Shown here: positions 55,498-64,000 of the stretch, in pieces | Numbering within the stretch: position 1 is the stretch's first letter | How the letters are laid out: every line of letters starts with the position of its first letter | Assembly: GCA_963832045.1 (NCBI GenBank) | Contig: CAWHSM010000004.1 | Location: 244,896-308,895, forward strand | Direction of reading: 5' to 3' | Source of the DNA: an uncultured Alphaproteobacteria bacterium | GTDB taxonomy: Bacteria; Pseudomonadota; Alphaproteobacteria; Rhizobiales; Xanthobacteraceae | Length of the DNA stretch: 64,000 bases | Notes under the pieces: generated by a model | What the model was told of the DNA's origin: nothing | The model's input: only the letters and a program-made list of their open reading frames with translations | The model's database searches: none | Program-made: the position numbers and the translations under genes

Positions 55498-57300
55498 ATG
55501 AGCAATATCAACCCAGACCCCTTCACCACCCGGCCCGAAATCGAGGGCATGTTCGGAGTGGTTACCTCCACCCACTGGATCGCCACCGCCGTCGGCATGA
55601 GCATCCTGGAGAAAGGCGGCAACGCCTTCGACGCGGGGGTCGCCACCGCATTCACATTGCAGGTGGTCGAGCCGCACCTGAATGGCCCCGGCGGCGACGT
55701 GCCGATCATCGTGCACGACGTCAAACGCGGCCGCACCGAGGTGATCTGCGGCCAGGGCCCCGCGCCCGCGGGCGCCACCATCGCGCATTACAAGAGTGAG
55801 GGGCTGGAGATGGTGCCCGGCACCGGCTTGCTCGCGGCCTGCATTCCCGGCACCTTCGAATCCTGGATGCTGCTGTTGCGCGACTACGGCACCATGCGCC
55901 TGCGCGACGTGCTGGAACCGGCCATCGCCTACGCACGTGACGGCTATCCGATGGTGGAACGCGCCTGCGCCACCATCAAGACCGTCGAGCAGTTGTTCCG
56001 GAAATACTGGGCCACCTCGGCGGCAGTTTACCTGCCGGACAATGAAGTTCCCAGGCCCGGCGCGATCTTCACCAACAAGCAGTTGGCCGAAACCTATACG
56101 CGCATCCTGAAAGAGGCCGAAAGCGCGGGCGGCGACCGCATCGCCCAGATCGAGGGCGCGCGAAAAGCGTGGTCGAAAGGCTTTGTGGCGGAAGCCATCG
56201 ACAAGTTCTGCCGCACCCAGGATGTGATGGATGTCAGCGGGTCGCCGCATCGCGGCGTGCTGCGCGCCGACGACATGGCCCGCTGGCAGCCGACCGTCGA
56301 AGTGCCGCTGACCTATGACTACGGCCGTTACACCGTATGCAAGGCCGGCGTCTGGAGCCAAGGGCCGGTGATGCTGCAGCAGCTTGCGTTGCTGAAGGGC
56401 TTTCAGCTCGACGGGCTCGACCCCGCGGGGCCCGAATTCATCCATATGCAGATCGAATGCGCGAAACTGGCCTATGCCGATCGCGAGAAGTTTTATGGCG
56501 ATCCGAAGTTCACGGAAATCCCGATCGCGACGCTGCTATCGGATTCCTACAATGACGAACGGCGCAAGCTGATCTCGGACAAGGCATCGCTCGAATTCAC
56601 CCCCGGTGCCGTCGAAGGCTTTGGCGGGGTGGTAAAGCTGCGCCGCCAGGAAGGCCAACGCGAGGCGGTCGGCGCCATGGGCGCAGGCGAGCCCACTGTC
56701 GGCCGCTTCGGCGAGGTCAACGGCGACACCGTGCATTTCGACATCATCGACCAGGCCGGCAACATGATCTCGGCCACGCCTTCCGGCGGCTGGCTGCAAT
56801 CATCGCCGGTTATCCCAGAACTGGGCTTTTGCCTTGGCAGCCGCGCGCAGATGTTCTGGCTCGAGGAAAACCATCCGGCATCGCTGGCCCCCGGCAAACG
56901 CCCGCGCACCACGCTTTCCCCGACCATGGCGCTGCGCGACGGTGAGCCTTATCTGTCCTGGGGCTCGCCCGGCGGCGACCAGCAGGATCAATGGATCACG
57001 CAGTTCTTCCTGCGTCACGTCCACGCGAAGATGAATTTGCAGGAAGCGATCGACGCCCCGGCGTGGCATTCGGAGCATTTCCCGATCTCGTTCTGGCCCC
57101 GCACTTCGCGTCCCGGCGTAATGGTGGTCGAGAACCGCGTTCCCAAGGCGACGATCGAGAACCTGCGGGGCCGCGGCCACATCGTCGAGGTCGGCCCGGA
57201 CTGGTCCGAGGGCCGCCTGACCGCCGCTTCCAAAATCGGCCGCCGCCGCCGTGCTGCGGCCAACGCCCGCGGCATGCAGGGCTACGCGGCCGGGCGCTAA
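55498..57300 (+). CDS. Gamma-glutamyltransferase-family protein (Ntn hydrolase, no obvious signal peptide)
   Basis: ATG at 55498 (MSNINPDPFTTRPEIEG..). Autoprocessing-site context ..NGDTVHFDIIDQAGN..; 600 aa. Confidence 0.85.
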   Translation: MSNINPDPFTTRPEIEGMFGVVTSTHWIATAVGMSILEKGGNAFDAGVATAFTLQVVEPHLNGPGGDVPIIVHDVKRGRTEVICGQGPAPAGATIAHYKSEGLEMVPGTGLLAACIPGTFESWMLLLRDYGTMRLRDVLEPAIAYARDGYPMVERACATIKTVEQLFRKYWATSAAVYLPDNEVPRPGAIFTNKQLAETYTRILKEAESAGGDRIAQIEGARKAWSKGFVAEAIDKFCRTQDVMDVSGSPHRGVLRADDMARWQPTVEVPLTYDYGRYTVCKAGVWSQGPVMLQQLALLKGFQLDGLDPAGPEFIHMQIECAKLAYADREKFYGDPKFTEIPIATLLSDSYNDERRKLISDKASLEFTPGAVEGFGGVVKLRRQEGQREAVGAMGAGEPTVGRFGEVNGDTVHFDIIDQAGNMISATPSGGWLQSSPVIPELGFCLGSRAQMFWLEENHPASLAPGKRPRTTLSPTMALRDGEPYLSWGSPGGDQQDQWITQFFLRHVHAKMNLQEAIDAPAWHSEHFPISFWPRTSRPGVMVVENRVPKATIENLRGRGHIVEVGPDWSEGRLTAASKIGRRRRAAANARGMQGYAAGR

Positions 57301-57304
57301 GCCG

Positions 57305-58015
57305 ATGACATGGTCGATCATTGCCAGGGACAATGCCACCGGCCAGATCGGAATAGCGGTCGCGACAAAGTTCTTCGCCGTCGGCGCGCGTGTTCCCCAC
57401 ATCGCCCCCGCCATTGGCGGGATCGCGACGCAAGCGCTGGTCAATCCCTATTATGGCATCGACGGTGTGAGGCTGCTCTGCGAGGGCCGCGCACCGCGCG
57501 ACATCGTCGAAACCCTGATCGCAGCGGACGCCGGACATGCAAGCCGGCAACTCCATATCATGGACGCCGGCGGGCGGATCGCAGCCTATACCGGCAAGGA
57601 CTGCGTCGATTGGTGCGGGCACGTGGAGGGCGACGGCTTTTCGATTGCCGGCAACATGCTCGCAGGCAGCCAGGTTCTGGACGATACCGCCAAAGCCTAC
57701 CTCGCCAATGCCGGCATGCCGTTCGCGCGGCGCCTGATCGTCGCGATGCGTGCCGGCGAAGCCGCGGGCGGCGACAAGCGCGGCAAGCAATCGGCCGCAC
57801 TTCTGATTTACGGCGAAGAGGAATGGTCCGATCTCGACCTCAGGGTCGATGACCATGTCGACCCCTTGAGCGAACTGGAACGGCTGGAAGCGGTGAGCCG
57901 CGAGCGCTGGGTGCATTTCCGGAAATACCTGCCGAGCCGGAAGAACCCGGCCGGGATCACCGATCGCGCGGTCATCGATGCAGGGATCGCTGCCGCGGCC
58001 GGAAGCGAGAAATGA
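57305..58015 (+). CDS. DUF1028-domain protein (Ntn-hydrolase-like)
   Basis: MTWSIIARDNATGQIGIAVATKFFAVG.. is the typical DUF1028 N-terminus. ATG at 57305. Confidence 0.8.
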   Translation: MTWSIIARDNATGQIGIAVATKFFAVGARVPHIAPAIGGIATQALVNPYYGIDGVRLLCEGRAPRDIVETLIAADAGHASRQLHIMDAGGRIAAYTGKDCVDWCGHVEGDGFSIAGNMLAGSQVLDDTAKAYLANAGMPFARRLIVAMRAGEAAGGDKRGKQSAALLIYGEEEWSDLDLRVDDHVDPLSELERLEAVSRERWVHFRKYLPSRKNPAGITDRAVIDAGIAAAAGSEK

Positions 58016-59001
58016 CCGCTACGCCGTTGATCGAGATTCAGAATTTGCGCGTCGTCTTTCACGGCGACAACGGCAGAACCACGCATGCGGTCGACGCCGT
58101 CGATCTTGCCGTCGCCCAGGGCGCCACACTCGGGCTGGTCGGCGAATCCGGCTGCGGCAAGAGCGTCACCTCGCTCGCCGTCATGGGGCTGTTGCCAAAA
58201 CAGTCGACCGAGGTGACGGGATCGATTCGCTTCGATGGCTTCGATCTCCTCAACGTGTCCGACAAGATCCGGCGCGACCTGCGCGGCAACCGGCTCGCGA
58301 TGATCTTCCAGGAGCCGATGACCTCGCTCAATCCGAGCTTCACCATCGGCGACCAGATCATCGAATCCATTCTGCGCCATCGTGGCGGAAGCAAGAGCGC
58401 CGCCCGCAAGCGTGCGATCGATTTGCTGCGGCGGGTGCATATTCCCTCCCCCGAGCGCCGCATCGATGAATACCCGCACAAGCTTTCCGGCGGCATGCGT
58501 CAGCGCGTGATGATCGCGATGGCGCTGGCCTGCGATCCCCGTCTCCTGATCGCCGACGAGCCCACCACCGCGCTCGACGTGACCTTGCAGGCGCAGATCC
58601 TCGACCTGATGCGCGAACTGAAGGCGGAAAGCGGCGCCGCGATCATCCTGATCACCCACGATCTCGGCGTCGTGGCAGAAGTCTGCGACGAGGTCGCGGT
58701 GATGTATGCCGGCGAGGTCGTGGAGCGCGCGGGCGTCGATGAATTGTTCGCAGCGCCGCAACATCCCTACACCGTCGGGCTTCTGGGTTCGATTCCGCGG
58801 CTGGATCGCCGTAGCTCGCATCTTGCGACCATCGAGGGCATGGTTCCCAACATGACCTTACCCCCGAATGGTTGCCGTTTCGCGGCGCGCTGTCCTTTTG
58901 CCGAGGCGGCTTGCACCGCGACAGCTCCGCCACTTGTGGAGGTCAGTCCCAGCCATTGGTCGCGCTGCATCCGCGCGCCGCTGCAGAGGCTGGTGTCGTG
59001 A
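58012..59001 (+). CDS. ABC transporter ATP-binding protein (DppD-like), second system
   Basis: Walker A GESGCGKS, signature [12 protein letters not shown] overlap with DUF1028. Confidence 0.9.
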   Translation: MTATPLIEIQNLRVVFHGDNGRTTHAVDAVDLAVAQGATLGLVGESGCGKSVTSLAVMGLLPKQSTEVTGSIRFDGFDLLNVSDKIRRDLRGNRLAMIFQEPMTSLNPSFTIGDQIIESILRHRGGSKSAARKRAIDLLRRVHIPSPERRIDEYPHKLSGGMRQRVMIAMALACDPRLLIADEPTTALDVTLQAQILDLMRELKAESGAAIILITHDLGVVAEVCDEVAVMYAGEVVERAGVDELFAAPQHPYTVGLLGSIPRLDRRSSHLATIEGMVPNMTLPPNGCRFAARCPFAEAACTATAPPLVEVSPSHWSRCIRAPLQRLVS

Positions 59002-60122
59002 TGGCCGCGCTGCTCGAGGCCAAAAATCTGGTCAAGCACTTCGTCGCCTCGCGCTCGGCGTTTGGCCGGCCGACGGCTTTCGTCAAGGCGGTCGACGACG
59101 TCAGCTTCAGTGTTGATGCCGGCGAGACGCTGGCGCTGGTCGGAGAATCCGGATGCGGCAAATCCACCGTCAGCCGGCTGGTGTTGCGCCTGATCGAGCC
59201 GGATCACGGTGAAATCCGTTTCGAAGGCCGCGACCTGCTGGCGATGGACGCGAACGAATTGCGCGCCTTCCGCCGCGACGCGCAGATCATTTTCCAGGAC
59301 CCTTATGCCTCGCTCAATCCGCGAATGACCGTCGGCCAGATGCTTGCCGAGCCGCTTGTCTTGCACAATCTGGTGCCGCAGGCCCGTCGCCGCGAACGGG
59401 TCGAAGAATTGCTGCGGCTCGTTGGTCTCGAACCGCGCTCGAGTCGCCGCTATGCTCACGAATTCTCCGGCGGACAGCGCCAGCGCATCGCGATTGCGCG
59501 CGCGCTTGCGGTGGAACCAAAGCTGATCATCTGCGACGAACCGGTCTCGGCGCTGGATGTCTCGATCCGCTCGCAAATCCTCAATCTGCTCGGCGATCTG
59601 CAAAGGCGGCTCGGGCTCGCCTACATTTTCGTCTCGCACGATCTTGCGGTGGTCAAACACATCGCCGATCGCGTAGCGGTGATGAATCTCGGCAACATCG
59701 TCGAGACCGCACCCGCCGAGACGCTGTTTACCTCGCCGCGCCACCCCTATAGCCGGGCGCTGCTGTCGGCAATCCCGGTGCCGAAACCGCAGGCCAAACG
59801 CAGCCGCATGGTGCTCGAGGGCGAGATGCCGAGCCCGATTGATCCGCCCCCCGGTTGCCGGTTTCATACCCGTTGCCCCTATACGATCGACCGCTGCCGC
59901 AGCGAGGTGCCGCAACTCAAGCCGAGCACGGCCGGACACCTGACCGCTTGCCACCGCGCCGGTGAACTGCCGCCGGCGGGCGCGATCATCCCCAGCGATG
60001 GCGCCTTCTCGCCTGAACTGGAACGATTGGTCGCAGCGTTCGGCCGTCCTAGTGTCCCGATTCCGAAGTTCGTAGCATCTTGCGGAGCCACGTTTCGAAC
60101 TTCGGAATCGAAAGGACACTAG
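59001..60122 (+). CDS. ABC transporter ATP-binding protein (DppF-like), second system, with a repeat-encoded C-terminal tail
   Basis: ATG at 59001 (overlaps the preceding TGA). Walker [10 protein letters not shown], signature FSGGQRQR. The last 24 codons and the TAG stop lie inside hairpin unit 60049-60122. Confidence 0.88.
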   Translation: MAALLEAKNLVKHFVASRSAFGRPTAFVKAVDDVSFSVDAGETLALVGESGCGKSTVSRLVLRLIEPDHGEIRFEGRDLLAMDANELRAFRRDAQIIFQDPYASLNPRMTVGQMLAEPLVLHNLVPQARRRERVEELLRLVGLEPRSSRRYAHEFSGGQRQRIAIARALAVEPKLIICDEPVSALDVSIRSQILNLLGDLQRRLGLAYIFVSHDLAVVKHIADRVAVMNLGNIVETAPAETLFTSPRHPYSRALLSAIPVPKPQAKRSRMVLEGEMPSPIDPPPGCRFHTRCPYTIDRCRSEVPQLKPSTAGHLTACHRAGELPPAGAIIPSDGAFSPELERLVAAFGRPSVPIPKFVASCGATFRTSESKGH

Positions 60123-60302
60123 CAAAACTACTAATCTAGTGTGGCTTTGGTTCAGAAGTCCGCATGACCAGCCCGCGGCACAAACGATGCGGACTTCTGA
60201 ACCGCCACACTAGAATCATATGGTTGCTAGTGTCCCTTTGGTTCTGACATTCGTAAAAGTGCCCGCCGCGATGGGATACGAATGTCAGAACCGGGACACT
60301 AG
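60049..60302. repeat. Array 2 of CTAGTG...CACTAG bulged-hairpin units (three units)
   Basis: Units at 60049-60122, 60136-60213 and 60227-60302. Their stems are identical to array-1 units 1, 4 and 3 respectively, and the loops differ. Confidence 0.92.
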
Positions 60303-60356
60303 TGGAAGCGAACCGGGGTTCCGGGGTTAATATAGCCGGCGTCACGCCGCGTAACG

Positions 60357-61889
60357 ATGTCAATGGAGATGAGTCCGATGAAGATGATGCGTTTGGCGGC
60401 AATCGCTGCGGTCATGTTGCTCTCGTTTGAGGCAGCCGCTCACGCCCAGACCACGCTGCGCATCGGCCTTGCGGAAGATCCGGATGCGCTCGATCCCTCG
60501 ACCGCACGCACCTATGTCGGTCGTATCGTGTTTGCGGCGTTTTGCGACAAGCTGTTTGACATCGACGAGAAGCTCAACATCGTGCCGCAACTCGCGCTGT
60601 CGCATGAGACCTCGGCCGACGGCAAGGAAATGACGATCAGGCTGCGGCCCGGCGTCAAATTTCAGGACGGTGAGGCCTTCGACGCGGAAGCAGCCAAATT
60701 CTCGCTCGATCGCCATCTCAACTTGCCGACCTCGTTCCGCAAACCAGAACTCGCCGCACTCGATCACGTCGACGTCGTCGATCCCCTCACCATCAAGCTG
60801 GTGCTGAAAACCCCCTACTCGCCGCTGATTGCGCAGCTCACCGACCGCGCCGGCATGATGGTCTCGCCGAAGGCGGCGAAGGAGGCCGGCGACAAGTTCG
60901 GATTGCACCCGGTTTGCGCCGGGCCCTACAAGTTCGTCGAGCGCGTGCAGCAGGACCGTATCGTCTTCGAGAAATTTGCCGATTACTGGAACAAGGACAA
61001 CGTCTTTATCGATCGGGTAGTGTTCCTGCCGATCGTCGATGCCACGGTGCGGCTCGCCAATCTCAAATCGGGCGGGCTCGACCTGATCGAGCGCCTGCTT
61101 GCCACCGACATCAAGGACGTGCGCGCCGATTCAAGGCTCAAGCTGTCGACCGCGCTCGAGCTCGGCTATATGGGCCTCACCCTCAACATCGGCAACGACA
61201 AGAACAAGGGCGCGCTCAGTCAATCGGAGAAGGTCCGTCAGGCGCTCGACCTCTCGATCGACCGCGACGCCATCAATCAGGTCGTGTTCAACGGCGAGTT
61301 CACGCCCGGCAATCAATGGGTCAGTCCCGAACATCCCTATTACCAAAAGGCGTTCCCGATTCCGAAGCGCGACGTCGCCAAGGCCAAGGCGCTGTTGAAG
61401 GAAGCCGGCGCATCCTTGCCCGTCAGTGTCGATCTGATGGTGCCGAAGGGCGCCGAGAACGAAGCGGTCGCGCAGGTCATACAGTCGATGGCGGCGGAAG
61501 CGGGTTTTGATCTCAAAATACGCCTGATCGAATTCGCCACCTCCTTCAAGCAGGCCCAGGCCGGTGAATTCCAGGCCTTCCTGATCGGCTGGAGCGGCCG
61601 GATCGATCCTGATGGAAATTCCTACGTCTTTCTGCACACTAAGGCGCCGCAGAATGACGGCGTCTATTCCAACCCCGAAGCCGACAAGGGTTTTGAGGAT
61701 GCGCGTTTGATCACCGATCCCGCACAGCGCAAGGCGATCTACGAGAAGGTCACCGGCGCCGTGCTGAAGGACGAGCCGATCATCTACCTCTATCATCGCA
61801 AACTCTTGATTGCACATACCATCAGGCTCGAAGGCTACCGACCGATGCCGGACGGCCTGGTGCGCGTCGTCGGGTTGAAGCTGAAGTGA
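60357..61889 (+). CDS. ABC transporter substrate-binding protein, family 5 (DppA-like), second system
   Basis: Signal peptide ..MKMMRLAAIAAVMLLSFEAAAHA, then QTTLRIGLAEDPDALDP. Several in-frame ATGs occur at 60357-60384, so the start is uncertain. Confidence 0.88.
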   Translation: MSMEMSPMKMMRLAAIAAVMLLSFEAAAHAQTTLRIGLAEDPDALDPSTARTYVGRIVFAAFCDKLFDIDEKLNIVPQLALSHETSADGKEMTIRLRPGVKFQDGEAFDAEAAKFSLDRHLNLPTSFRKPELAALDHVDVVDPLTIKLVLKTPYSPLIAQLTDRAGMMVSPKAAKEAGDKFGLHPVCAGPYKFVERVQQDRIVFEKFADYWNKDNVFIDRVVFLPIVDATVRLANLKSGGLDLIERLLATDIKDVRADSRLKLSTALELGYMGLTLNIGNDKNKGALSQSEKVRQALDLSIDRDAINQVVFNGEFTPGNQWVSPEHPYYQKAFPIPKRDVAKAKALLKEAGASLPVSVDLMVPKGAENEAVAQVIQSMAAEAGFDLKIRLIEFATSFKQAQAGEFQAFLIGWSGRIDPDGNSYVFLHTKAPQNDGVYSNPEADKGFEDARLITDPAQRKAIYEKVTGAVLKDEPIIYLYHRKLLIAHTIRLEGYRPMPDGLVRVVGLKLK

Positions 61890-61917
61890 GCATAATGCTG
61901 GCTCCATGCCCTTCCCT

Positions 61918-62020
61918 GCTCCCTCCCCCCTTGTGGGGGAGGGTTGGGGTGGGGGGTCCACACGGGGACTGTCAATATGGCCACCCCCCTCCCTGTCCCT
62001 CCCCCACAAGGGGGGAGGGA
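61918..62020. repeat. REP-like element, family A variant
   Basis: CTCCCTCCCCCC-TTGT-GGGGGAGGG, GGGGTGGGGGG..CCCCCCTCCC and CCCTCCCCC-ACAA-GGGGGGAGGG. Confidence 0.85.
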
Positions 62021-62082
62021 ACGACGTGGCGAGCACCGTCGGCGATATCTGACTCCGTTGCGTTTGCCATGGTAAACACCCG

Positions 62083-63024
62083 ATGCTGAACTTCCTCGGC
62101 AAACGCATCCTGCAACTGATCCCGACGCTGTTCTTCGTGTCGGTGCTGATCTTTTTGCTGCAACATCTGTTGCCGGGCGATCCGGCGTTGGTGATGGCCG
62201 GCGAGGAACGCGACCCCGCCGTGATCGCGCAAATCCGCCAGCAGTACCGGCTCGATCAGCCGATCCCGGTGCAATATTTCTACTGGGTCAAAGGCGTGCT
62301 GTCGGGCGACTTCGGCGAATCCCTGCGCATCAAGGTTCCGGTGCGGGAGCTGATCGCGCAGAAGCTGCCGGTGACCATGCAACTGGCCTCGATGGCGATC
62401 CTGATTGCTTTCCTGATCGGAATTCCCGCCGGCATCGTGTCGGCGGTGAAGAAGGGCACGGTGTGGGACTATGGCGCGAATCTGTTTGCGCTGTGGGGCA
62501 TCTCGACGCCGAACTTCTGGCTCGGGATCATGCTGATCTTTCTGTTTTCGATTGAGCTCGGCTGGCTGCCGGCTTCGGGCTACGTTCCCCTCTCCGAGAA
62601 CTGGCGCGCAAGTCTTGCTTCCACCATCATGCCCGCCTTCGTGCTCGGCAATGCGATTGCAGCCGTCCTGATGCGGCACACGCGCAGCGCGATGCTTCAA
62701 GTGCTGGAAAGCGATTATGTCCGTACCGCCCGCGCCAAGGGCCTTTCGGAGCGCACCGTCATTCTCAAGCACGCCATGCGCAACGCGCTGACGCCGATCA
62801 TCACGCTGGGAGCGCTCGAACTTGGGACCTTGTTATCTGGCGCGGTTCTGACCGAACAGATTTTCTCGATTCCCGGCTTTGGCAAATTGATCGTGGACGC
62901 CGTGTTCAACCGCGATTACGCCGTGGTCCAGGGGGTCGTGCTGGTAACGGCGACCATCTACATCACGCTGAACCTGCTTGCCGATATCGCCTACATCCTT
63001 GTCAACCCGCGGCTGAGAGGGTGA
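62083..63024 (+). CDS. ABC transporter permease (DppB-like), second system
   Basis: MLNFLGKRILQLIPTLFFVSVLIFLLQHLLPGDP is the canonical DppB/OppB N-terminus. Confidence 0.9.
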   Translation: MLNFLGKRILQLIPTLFFVSVLIFLLQHLLPGDPALVMAGEERDPAVIAQIRQQYRLDQPIPVQYFYWVKGVLSGDFGESLRIKVPVRELIAQKLPVTMQLASMAILIAFLIGIPAGIVSAVKKGTVWDYGANLFALWGISTPNFWLGIMLIFLFSIELGWLPASGYVPLSENWRASLASTIMPAFVLGNAIAAVLMRHTRSAMLQVLESDYVRTARAKGLSERTVILKHAMRNALTPIITLGALELGTLLSGAVLTEQIFSIPGFGKLIVDAVFNRDYAVVQGVVLVTATIYITLNLLADIAYILVNPRLRG

Positions 63025-63025
63025 G

Positions 63026-63913
63026 ATGACCGACGCCGCGCTCGCGAACCCCATCGTTTCCGCAGCCGATGAACTGGAAAGCCCGGCGCGACGCGCATTG
63101 CGCAGGCTGCTGGCGCGCAAGGGTGCGGTGGCAGGTCTCGTCATCATCCTGGCCTTCATCGCGCTCGCGGTATTTGCACCTCTGGTCGTGCCCTATGACC
63201 CCGTGGCGACGAGCTGGACGCTGGTGCGCAAGCCGCCGTCTGCGCTGCACTGGTTCGGCACCGACGACCTCGGCCGCGATATTCTGAGCCGTGTGATCTT
63301 TGGCGCCCGCGCCTCCCTGCTCGCAGGCGCGATTTCGGTCGGGATCGCCCTTTCCGTCGGCGTGCCGTTCGGGTTGCTCGCCGGCTATCGCGGCGGATTT
63401 ATCGACGCCCTGATCAGCCGGATCACGGACGCGATGCTCGCCTGTCCGTTCCTGATCCTGGCGATTGCGCTGGCGGCATTTCTCGGCCCCAGCCTCGGCA
63501 ATGCCATGATCGCCATCGGCATCACGACGACGCCGGTCTTTATTCGCCTCACCCGCGGCCAGACCATCGGCGTCAAGGTCGAGGATTATGTCGAGGCGGC
63601 ACGCGCCATCGGCAATCCGCGCTGGCGGATTGCGCTGTTCCATATTTTGCCGAACATCCTGCCGGCGCTGCTGGTCCAGGCGACGCTGTCGATCGCGGCT
63701 GCGATCATCGCGGAAGCGGCCCTTTCATTTCTGGGATTGGGCCAGCAGCCGCCGGCGCCCTCGTGGGGCAGCATGCTGAATGCGGCGCAACGGTTCCTGA
63801 CCAATGCACCCTGGATGGCGCTGTGGCCGGGACTGGCGATTTTCCTGGTGGTGCTGTCGTTCAATCTCGTCGGCGACGGCTTGCGCGATGCGCTCGACCC
63901 GCGGCAGCGATGA
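63026..63913 (+). CDS. ABC transporter permease (DppC-like), second system
   Basis: ..HWFGTDDLGRDILSRVIFG.. is the canonical DppC/OppC motif; 295 aa. Confidence 0.9.
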   Translation: MTDAALANPIVSAADELESPARRALRRLLARKGAVAGLVIILAFIALAVFAPLVVPYDPVATSWTLVRKPPSALHWFGTDDLGRDILSRVIFGARASLLAGAISVGIALSVGVPFGLLAGYRGGFIDALISRITDAMLACPFLILAIALAAFLGPSLGNAMIAIGITTTPVFIRLTRGQTIGVKVEDYVEAARAIGNPRWRIALFHILPNILPALLVQATLSIAAAIIAEAALSFLGLGQQPPAPSWGSMLNAAQRFLTNAPWMALWPGLAIFLVVLSFNLVGDGLRDALDPRQR

Positions 63914-64000
63914 ATTCTTGCTTCACCTCTCCCATGGGGAGAACGAGCGCGCCTTCGTCGTGGCGCGCGCGGGCGATTGATCAGATAATAACTTCCCTCG

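Overview
High-GC (about 64%) alphaproteobacterial chromosomal segment. The intergenic repeat families and gene content look like Bradyrhizobium/Nitrobacteraceae, but that taxon call is an inference. I support about 52 protein genes, almost all ordinary metabolism and transport. In window order they are: a lactonase and ppc; an SDR and a TctC-type binding protein; an RND efflux pair; a complete L-threonate/tetronate module (otnK-otnI-ltnD with divergent otnC); a Liv-type ABC transporter; a DUF1445 hydro-lyase, LysR regulator, M20 amidohydrolase and 2-hydroxyacid dehydrogenase; a tartrate/D-malate dehydrogenase; an amidase-ferredoxin-P450 group; a YeeE/YedE protein and an MDR oxidoreductase; a lipid/polyester storage neighbourhood (phasin, GNAT, class III PhaC with a small partner, several alpha/beta hydrolases, a self-sufficient CYP102-type P450, an epoxide-hydrolase-like protein, WS/DGAT); and two Dpp-like peptide ABC systems flanking a gamma-glutamyltransferase-family gene and a DUF1028 gene. 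I found no rRNA, tRNA, CRISPR, prophage or recognisable defence genes. The unusual content is all non-coding or mobile. (1) Two arrays (35331-35817, six units; 60049-60302, three units) of back-to-back ~75-nt bulged hairpins bounded by CTAGTG...CACTAG. Stems covary between units and are 100% identical between cognate units at the two loci, while all differences fall in the apical loops. I cannot assign this family. (2) An IS1111-subgroup (IS110-family) element at about 25899-27292, inserted in the CCGGAATGA end of a REP-like element. Its 289-nt 3' tail contains guide-like matches to both target flanks and to its own right end, making it a candidate seekRNA/bridge RNA. (3) A 95-aa GIY-YIG nuclease ORF sits exactly in the loop of a TIR-bounded REP-like composite, and a gene-less copy of that composite lies 1.5 kb away. 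At least five further REP-like palindromic families fill the intergenic spaces. Many long ORFs in the six-frame track are antisense or N-terminal-extension artefacts of the high GC content, and I rejected them.
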